A model generated the notes under the pieces. It did no database searches, was not told where the DNA came from, and was given only the letters and a program-made list of their open reading frames with translations. Position numbers and translations under genes: made by a program. 64,000 nucleotides of DNA, taken from Octopus sinensis. Taxonomy: Eukaryota. Location: contig NC_043008.1 in the NCBI RefSeq assembly GCF_006345805.1, positions 35,402,001 to 35,466,000 of the forward strand. Direction: 5' to 3'. Shown here one piece after another: positions 53,993 through 64,000 of the stretch. Numbering within the stretch: position 1 is the first letter of the stretch; each line of letters starts with the position of its first letter.

Positions 53993-55747
53993 CATACATA
54001 CCAGTTTCTATACGATTCGATGGGCTGCACCAGCCTCTTCCTTATACATGTGTTCTTACTAATTTTTAGTACAGGGCTAACACTTTTTTAGGGGAGGGGG
54101 AGTCGATTACAACGACACCAGTGTTAAACTGATACTGATTTTATCAACCTAGGATGGACGAAATACAAAGACAATCCCAGTAGTATTTGAACTCAGAACG
54201 TAAAGAGCTGGAAGAACTGTCGGTGAGTATTTCGATCGGCGAGCTAAAGATTCTGCCTGCCAGCTCGTTGCTTGTCTGCTTCACTCATATGTGCGACATT
54301 TTAATAAGGTTGTTTGTCCTTGAAGCCCACGAGATGTTTGTGATCAATCCGAACAGTGTTCAAAGGCGTTTCATCAAAGACCATTCTAATATGCTCCATA
54401 TCCTAGATATTGCTACCAAGCTGCTCATTGTTCTTTAGCCGTTGTTTCCCTTTTTACATTTTACAATTCTTTGAAATAAATTTGAAATAATTTAGTTGGT
54501 TGCCCCAGTACCTACAAATAATAGCCAAACTGGCTAATGTTCTTTAGCTGTTGTTTCCCAAGTTTTTTATCGTTGAAGATCTCCTGAAGTAAATTTCTTG
54601 TCATATAGAACATCTTCATAAAATTTTTATGCATTTTTATTAATCTTTTGTCTTTCTCTTTCTTAAAACTAAAGCTTATGATGAAGACAATATCTTTTTC
54701 TGATAACTGATTTAACTTACCAACATAAATAACTTTTATACATCTACATCTTCTCGTTTATTGCCAATGTAAAAAATAAATAAAAGAAGTGAAACTACTT
54801 GTTCAAGTGACCTCATATGGGGAATTTCAATCACACAAGAAAAATAAATGATAAAACATCCATTTTCGCAAAAATACTAAAAAGAGATACCCAAATGACT
54901 ACTCAAGAAAGAGAAACAAAAAGGAAGGCAGATAACTACCGCAACAATGTCATCTTTTGTCGACAGTGATGGAAAGACATAAGATAAATTAAGATAATAT
55001 ATGTTATGGATCATAGGCAGTATAAATAATGTACCTTGCTTCTCGAATGAGGAACAGGTGCCTGTCGTTTGGAACACAAATAATTAATGAATTGTACTTC
55101 ATTCAGAAAGTACACATGGGTGTCATTTTCTACTGAAATTAGATGAATTTTGTTTTTGATAATTATTATATTAGAAAAATCTTACTCAAGCATAAAAATT
55201 GTTTAAAACTATAGCAAATTATTCATTGCTCTCCTGTGACTGCCAGGTTTGTCTTCTTTCATAGAATTTCGGAATATATTCAAAGACAGTGAAGTGAATC
55301 TTATCCTGGGTGTACGATTTCTTCTTCCCTAAAAGTCAGGTTTCCAGAATGAGTCGCAGAGGCAGTGTGGGAATCTTTCACTTAATCATACATATTTGGT
55401 GTATTATCACACCGTATTCTCAAATTCCTTCCTTTTCTCTAAGAGTCAAATTCTCAGGATGAGTCGCAGAGTCAAGATGTCAATCTTTTATTCTTTTTCT
55501 GTTTGAAGTGGGTGGGGCTATAATGTTTTATTTTAATCCACGATTCTTTCGGGTAGGTTTCAGTTTCAACGTAACCTGAAATTGATCTTTGCCGTGAAAT
55601 CACCTCGATTCTGGGAAGAGGGTATTTTCAAGTTAAAGGAAAGATGGAGACGCATTGTGCAACAAAATGGTTCGTATTTACTTGATTAAAAATGCTATTG
55701 ATTAAGAGCCATTGACCAATCTCAGGCTAATATTCACTGGAGAGTGA

Positions 55748-56068
55748 AGATACGTGACTTAGTACTTAGGCTATTCGGTTTACGATCATAAGACCCTAAG
55801 GTCCATTCCCGACGATGATTTCTGTCTTTGAGCAAAACACATAATTTCACGTTGCTCCAGCCCACTCAGTTGGCAAAACCAAGTAGTGCCTTTACTTCAA
55901 AAGGCCAGCCTTGTTACATTCTCTTTCACACTGAATCTCCCTGAGAACTACGTTAAGGGCTACGCGCATCTCTGAAATGTTCAGCCACTTATATGTTAAT
56001 TTCACGAGGAGGTTGTTCCGTTGATCGGATCAACTAGAACACACGTCGTCGCAATAAACGGAGTGCCA
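55748..56068 (+). mobile_element. Diverged tRNA-derived SINE
   Basis: The head segment TGAGCAAAACACATAATTTCACGTTGCTCCAG resembles the 479 and 1316 SINEs. The tail GAGAACTACGTTAAGGG..TCAGCCACTTATATGT..GTTGATCGGATCAAC has a homologue at about 39410-39510. Confidence 0.7.
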
Positions 56069-56384
56069 CTATTCACAGGATAAACTATAGGCCAAGGGAA
56101 ATTTAGGTGTATATATCAATGCTGCTACATTACATTAATGCGTTTGGTCGACGTCTTGGATTTACGAAAGGTATGGCAGATTTTGACAAGGTTTTCAACT
56201 TGAAATAAAACGGTAAAAATTTATATAACTTACAACGTCTAAAAATGGAAAATTTTCAGTCAGTAGACAGTATATATGTACTTTATAATAGGAGAGCTGT
56301 GTGAAATTTCACTTGATAAATGAATGGCGGAACTTTACTAACATACCGAGCTTTCAATTCTATTGACTATTTGTGAGGTCGAAT

Positions 56385-56525
56385 AAAATAACGATGATAG
56401 GAGGAGAGGCGAATGGGACGGTTGTGCCTGAGTGCTGGAAGAGGCGTGAGCTAAGCCAGCTCCAAAGAGCAGTAGCTGTTATAGTCGATGTAGAAAAAGG
56501 AGAGATAGGACACAACGCGTTTGTG
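56385..56525 (-). mobile_element. CR1/Jockey-group LINE C-terminal remnant
   Basis: Reverse translation RCVLSLLFYIDYNSYCSLELA*LTP..RPIRLSSYH resembles RRxVASLxxFYRYYxGxCSxELAxxxP..TR..H. Confidence 0.55.
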
Positions 56526-56589
56526 GCTCAGAGGTTTTTTATTCGAGGAGTGAATAAGTCGATTCATTGTTCCCAGAGTTCAATTGGTA

Positions 56590-56740
56590 CTATTTATTCG
56601 AGGAGTGGATAAATCGATTACATCGATCCCAGAGTTCAATTGGTACTTAGTTTATCGACCTAGAAAGGGTGAAAGGTAAAGTCAACCTGGGCGGATCTTG
56701 TGCTCAGAACGTAAAGACGGACGAAATTCCGTTAAGCCTT
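56590..56740 (-). mobile_element. Diverged family-A SINE fragment with a ~53-bp tandem duplication at its end (56537-56650)
   Basis: TCGATTACATCGATCCCAG..GGTACTTAGTTTATCGACC..GAAAGG..AAAGTCAACCT. TTTATTCGAGGAGTG..CCCAGAGTTCAATTGGTACT occurs twice. Confidence 0.7.
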
Positions 56741-58362
56741 GTGCTGAAATTTGAAACTTATATGAAATGCAGAAAAAACAACTGGATGTCAATGAGTATG
56801 CTGGTCCTTTTCTGAAAGCTATCTAGAGTGTCTGTGCATGCAGCAACAGTGCAAGCAGCACCATTTCAGATGGCGAAGCAATACTCTATTGTGCTTCAAA
56901 TAGTATCAATAATTGCTGGGGGTTAAAGTATCATTTGGCTCTGATGAGAAGGCTCAAGTGGTTGGGATCGAATCATCTTTTTTCTTACATTCCGACTACA
57001 GAAGATGAGTGTTAACAGCAGTAGTAACACCACAGCTGGTATTCCAACATGGCTGCAGTCATCGACTGGAACTAGAAATATAAAAGTAGAAATATACACA
57101 TGGACAAACACGCATATAATATATAAGATATATATGTGTGTGTGGGTGTGGGTGGGTGTATGTATATATATGTATGTACGTATGTATATATAGGTGTGTG
57201 CGTGTGTATATATATTCACGCGCACATACACAGATATATATGTCTATGCACAAATATAAACATATACAAAAAGTACACATAAACATGCCACAGTAGAAGG
57301 AATGCGCTCCAAATTGAATGTATATATATGTGGGTATATGTGTAAGTATGCATGAATATTTTTACCTATGTTTGTAATTATCTGCGAAATTTTCTCTCCA
57401 CTTTTCTGGCTACTCTGAGCAAAAGATTCTTCGAAGCCTAATTATTGTAAACTACTTTCCTATATTGATTTTTTAAAGAATCGTGATCTAGATACGATTT
57501 AAGACTATAATTATATCAAATACTTTCCTATAGGTACTAATTTTAAGTCAAGAGTTTAAAATCTACATGAATTTTCATTTTTTTTTTTCTTTCATGTAAG
57601 TTCTCTTTAACCGACATTAAGAAATTACAGAAAATAAGCAAAATTATGTTATTATATAAAGAATATCAATGGAAATAAATATCAGATGAAATTGGAATAT
57701 TTTTCTTCAGATGTAGAGCACTTTATCAAAAAAGCATCTATAAAATCTCTTTCGTTGAGCTTATTTTATAAACGTGCATGCTTATGATATATGCGGCGAA
57801 ATATTTATTTTTATTCAGAGAAACTTTAGACAATTGAATTCAAATGGGAGCTGACACCTTAAAGACAACACTGAACGTATTACTGCGTTAATCACGTGAA
57901 GATGTTAATAGTGCCCCCACACACACCAACAGACACATACATACACACCCGCACACACACACACGCGCGCGTACATACACACATACACACACGCATACAT
58001 ATATCTATCTATATATATATATGGAGTAAGTGGAGCAAGAACACACACGAAAACGAAAAGTGTCGCTGAAGAGGTCACAGATGTGTGACGAAAGATTTCA
58101 GGACAATGAGTTAAAATAATAAAATAAAAGCAGTAATAAACGTGTGAAGAAAAATATATAGTGCGTGTGTTTATTTGGCAAAAAAAATGACCATCCCGAA
58201 ATACGAATATATATATATATATAAGAAAAAATTCATTTGCGAAGGTGTCATTAAATCTATTATTATCCAATGTAACTATTTTAAAAATGATAACAGAATC
58301 AATGACACAGGCGATAGCAGGCCAAAAATAGCATTAAATAACCGAGGGATTAAAATTAATCT

Positions 58363-58601
58363 AAGGACATAATAAGTATATCTACCTGCAAGAAATAACA
58401 GTCAAAACTCTCATTAAATCACCCAAAAATACACTGATGAAAAACTACAGAAAGCATTTAAGTATCTGTATGTTAGTAGATTGTCTTAACCTGATTTTGC
58501 CTTCGTTTGATTTCTGCAGTTTTTCATCAGTGTATTTTTGGGCGATTTAATGAGAGTTTTGACTGTTATTTCAAGCAGGTAGACATACTTAGTATGCCCT
58601 T
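58363..58601. repeat. Fold-back inverted repeat with about 90-bp arms and a ~58-bp spacer, MITE-like
   Basis: TCTACCTGC..AAATAACAGTCAAAACTCTCATTAAATC..AAAAATACACTGATGAAAAACT is mirrored at about 58512-58601. Confidence 0.85.
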
Positions 58602-58672
58602 TGATTTATTTTATTTATATATATATATATACATATACATACATATATATGTGTGTGTATATATATATATAT

Positions 58673-58712
<40 letters not shown>

Positions 58713-59871
58713 ATATATATACATATATACACATACATATACATACATACATACACACACACACATACATACATACTACATACATACATACATACATACA
58801 TACATACATACACACAAGTGATTCTATAAGGTAAAGGTAACATGCATACACATTCTCAGTATTATAGAAGAAAGGTACAATATGATGTTCGTTGCATGCC
58901 CTTGAAAACCGTAACCATGCGCGTTGTGTTAGAACAGAGAGATACAGAAGGCAGTATATTAGGGTGATATAAAGAGGAGAAATATGGATAGGGCAGTGCA
59001 TACCAATATGCACATGCATTAGGCATACTCACACATACGCAAACACACACTCACATATTCGTAGATAAATGTGGATGGTGGGGATGAGAAAACATTCGTC
59101 TTATAATAGCTGGTAGGTCGCGATTATCTCCAATTTAATCTAAACAGCTGCATTTTCTACAGGGAACTATCAATAGATTACCATAAGCAAGATATGTAGT
59201 TGAAGACGCCATCTTTGATATGTATATTGTTTCTGGCCTTTTCATCATTTAAATTAAAAATGTTGGAATAACCTTTTGTTTTTGTATTTGTCCATGTTTT
59301 ATTCCTTCTTAAGCAACAATCACCAGCTGAGGAGGAGGTCTGACTCTTTTAGCTTTCTCCTTTTTTTTTTCTTCTTTTGGGTTGGAGTGGTCTTCGATCC
59401 TTTGTTTCACTATGATTAGCTATAAGCCACACCCACGAAATGGAATGATTTGATAAGTGTACAAAAGTAAATGTCCCTTAGGTCAGTATATCTAGATGTC
59501 GGAAACATAAATGAAATCCCAGAAAAAGTACCTGCAATGAAATGGAGCTAAGTAAAAGATTCAAATTCATAACTATTAAAAGTAGTCTTAAAGTAATATC
59601 ATACGAATATGAAAAACTGTTACCTGATAATGGTATGCTATTTAGAAATGTATGTTGTGATGCATTAATAAAGACTATGAACCACCATCTACCTGTCATT
59701 ATTGTTATAGTTACATGTATCCTAAGCTGAAAGGAGTTTCACGTGTATACCCATACCATTGGATTACTCCGGAAGATGGAAGTACAAGGTTGTAGCCCCG
59801 AAGACGCATTGGTGTATTTAAAAGCATTTTGAGGCTTGTGCCCAAACTAAACTAAGGACTGCATATATATA

Positions 59872-59940
<69 letters not shown>

Positions 59941-60172
59941 ATCGCGAGAAGTTGAGGTTATAAGAGATAATGGTGTCATTGAGACGACCCAAAATTGTCG
60001 TCAGGTAATGCTGAATAAGTGCTATAGACAGACCATAGTTAAGTTCCAGATGCGGTAATATTGCGAATAAAAGGTTCAACGTTGGTTGTATGTCAGCGTG
60101 TGTATATAAGAATCTTTTGCGCAATAAGATAAACAACCGAGGCTGTATAGATATTAGACCATTTATAGATAG

Positions 60173-60224
60173 GTCTTACAGCTGTTTCTAGGATATTAAT
60201 TAATAATATCCCTTCATCGGAGAC
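60173..60224 (-). ncRNA. Minimal type I hammerhead-like motif with one core substitution
   Basis: GTCT-CCGATGA-A-(9-bp stem II)-A-GAAAC-AGCT-GTA-AGAC. U4 reads C. Confidence 0.55.
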
Positions 60225-61141
60225 GGTGTGGGAGGAAAAATTAAATCATAGTTAGTTTCTATATGTGTGTGTGTTTGTGCGTGTGTATATGTGTATGTGT
60301 GTGCCAAAACGTTATATTTCAAACGATAAAGAATTTTGCTGGCAATTCCTTATTTAGTGGCGAAAGGTGTGTGTTACATTTAACTTATGTTTAGTATGAA
60401 TGTTATATTCGCTTTGCGGTAGAAGTTCTTTTATAATATTTCTAAACTATTTTCCAATTATTTATCTATAATGGAACATCGAAAATACAAATAAGTTGAT
60501 GTAATTTAGGTTATAATCTTACATTTCAAAAGCTTAGTAAGTCGCTTACCATGTTTACATTTTTCCTTACTCTTAAGAATTTTTACATTGAATATTAGTT
60601 TTAAATTTTAGTTTTTAATAAGCCCTATTTATTTGAGAATATTTTGAGCGTATTTTTATTTCATGTTTAATTTTAATTCTAAGAAGTTATGTTATGATGA
60701 GGATGGTAGTCAAAATATGTTTCCGCACGAGTTAAATATGAATTTTTATTTATAAATATTTAATTTTAATCCTTTATTAATTTTTAACGTATATGTTGTT
60801 ACAACGCATATTTTATTAAAGAAACATATTTTCGTTAAAAGAATATTTTAAAGTGGCCATATTTTTAAATGAGAAACATAGAATTAAGAATAGTTTTTGT
60901 TAAGGAGATATAATTAATATGTTGCTTCTTGTGGGATGAATACATGAATAAGCGATAGTCTATGTTCACATATCTATGCATGTATTATTTCATAGTTGCT
61001 CTCATAGAAATATACATACATATATACACACACACTGCACACAGAAATCAGCACACATATATGCATACATATATTCAATAAAAGCGTATACACATTATAT
61101 ATACATACATGTCAGACAAACAGACAAACAGACAGACAAAC

Positions 61142-61142
<1 letters not shown>

Positions 61143-61211
<69 letters not shown>

Positions 61212-61212
61212 G

Positions 61213-61287
<75 letters not shown>
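61143..61287. repeat. (GATA)n microsatellite preceded by (GACA)n
   Basis: Directly visible. Confidence 0.98.
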
Positions 61288-61288
<1 letters not shown>

Positions 61289-61312
61289 ATCTAAGTTTAG
61301 AGGAAAACATGA

Positions 61313-61354
61313 AAGTGACTTCGAAGTTTCGGCCTTTCAACATTCGTCAGACTT
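61313..61354 (-). ncRNA. Minimal type I hammerhead motif with an intact core and weak stem II
   Basis: AAGT-CTGACGA-ATGTTGAAAGGCC-GAAAC-TTCGAA-GTC-ACTT. Stem III lies in the perfect palindrome ACTTCGAAGT. Confidence 0.6.
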
Positions 61355-61871
61355 GCTGAAACTTTTAAGTGACTGTCACCTCACTCATTTTACAAGTACG
61401 ACAAATTTGTACCCTCCAAAATTGAGTTACGTAATACTTCACGTTATTTTAAAATTGTGACTATTTAAATTGACGTAAAGACCAATATAAATACGTGGGC
61501 GTGTACATGTGTATGTTTGTGTGTGTGTGTGTGGCGTGCAAGTGCGCGTCTGTGTGCGTGCACGTGTGTGAACGTTGAATAATGCGGATCGAATGAGAGA
61601 GCAGTGATTAGTACATATGTATAGAATATAAGCTTTCTTGAAACTAAATGTTTATTTCACGATTCGAGTTTCACGCCTGGCGATCGTTGTCGCGTGAAAC
61701 TCAAATGCAGAAGAGACATTTGTATGTGCACGTGATTGTGTGCGTGCGTCTGATTGTCTCTGTTCATACAAAGACTGTAGTCCATATGAATATTGACTGT
61801 TTTCTCTACGTTTGTTTCGAGACTTAAAAAATAAGTCTGCATCATCATATCACTATGTCATTTAATGTTGA

Positions 61872-62420
<549 letters not shown>

Positions 62421-62820
62421 GATACGACATCTGTTTTTCGAACCTCAAAGAAATTCATTAGTTTAGGAACATAAAAGAAAGAAATAAAGCCAAAATCATT
62501 TGAACTATTCTATAGAGCTCTCTCTATATATATACGACACAATAATTTATGGATAGCTGTGTAAATGTAAGCCATCATTTATTCTTCTCACAAAGACAAA
62601 ATGTATTCATATCTCCTTAATCAAATATGACATAAAAACAAGCTTCAACAAAATACGTATAAGAAATTGAAGGCGTGAGTCTTGTGCTATATGTAATCAT
62701 ATAATTTATATCCGCATAGCCACCCCAGAATATGTAAAATTTGGCTGGGCAAATAAATAAACAAACTTTTGTATGTATGCATGTATGTTTGTTATGCATA
62801 CATGTATATATATGTATATA

Positions 62821-62996
<176 letters not shown>

Positions 62997-64000
62997 AATG
63001 TAGAGAGAGAGAGATACTTATACACGTATATATACAGAATGAGAGAGAGAGAGAACAACTGTGAATCTGTGAAACATATAGGTGGATATGTGTAGGTGCG
63101 TTATCAAATAATCATATATTTATTTCATAAGCACTAAAATTAATTATACTTTCCTAATTAAATCGTTCTTTCCAATAATTGAAAAAAGTTTCATGTTATA
63201 AAATATGCCTTATTTACAATATTCTTTTAAAAGATATTCTTTTAACAAAATATTCTTCTAATACCATATGCCACAAAATTAATTTGTAAAATATTAAAAG
63301 GTGCCCCAGCATGGCCTCAGCCGGATGGCTGAAACAAGTAAAAGAGTAAAAGAGTAAAAGAGAGTATATAACTGAAGATTATAACTTAGCCAGACTAAAA
63401 AATGTAGCCTGAATACGCCTACCTTGTAACGTAATTTATTGAAATTAAAATTTTTAAAAAATGTTCTAAAAATATAATCAAACAAAGAAGGCATCTTTAA
63501 AAGAATTTTAAATCTTAAATTGAACATAAAAATTCATAGAAAATTAAATTAGAAATACGGTTCACGACATACTAACTTTTAGAAATTTATATACATATAA
63601 CCCAAATTATAGCAACATTTCTCTATATTTCCATGTTTCATTTTCGATAAATAATTGGTGAGAATAATAGAAATATTTCTTTAAAATTATTGGTTCGGCA
63701 AATTAAAATTTTCTTTTATAAGGTTCACACCAAACATGAGTTTAATCATTCATCCAACACTAAAAAGAGACGATATTTACATAGCTAACAATACAACACA
63801 TACACACACATACACACACTGACCGTTTTCTATTAGTTCTTCCTTTTACTAACGCAAATAGAGCTTCTATATGAAGAAAACCTTCGAGCTATTACCATAA
63901 TGAACTCTTGAAGGGTGAAACAGAAGTATTGCTGCTGTAAATCAAACATTTAATTACCTTATGTATACATATATATTTATATATACATCTATATATAGCA

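Noticed and set aside
56373-56612. 79-aa plus-strand ORF
   Set aside because: It is the antisense of a CR1-like LINE remnant running into a SINE fragment.

Overview
AT-rich, microsatellite-saturated eukaryotic DNA that looks intergenic or intronic. From my recollection of the SINE families and repeat landscape it most resembles an octopod cephalopod; this is inference, not a search result. I find no recognisable host gene, rRNA, true tRNA or CRISPR array, and nearly all listed ORFs are translations of di-, tri- or tetranucleotide repeats. The window holds many tRNA-derived SINEs of at least three families, several with clear target-site duplications. It also holds decayed mariner and Chapaev3-type transposases, Tc1/pogo/mariner MITEs, and fragments of RTE, CR1-like, RLE-type and Penelope-like retroelements. 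The most interesting signal is not in the ORF track: about ten type I hammerhead-ribozyme-like motifs (CUGAnGA ... GAAAC-palindrome-GUH). One, at 13147-13253, is structurally complete. Several sit in short (TA)n-flanked modules or at the centre of fold-back duplications, consistent with Penelope pLTR or retrozyme-like activity. Hammerheads in such elements are a known class, so novelty here is unverified. Boundaries were read by eye and are approximate unless a TSD or TIR is quoted.
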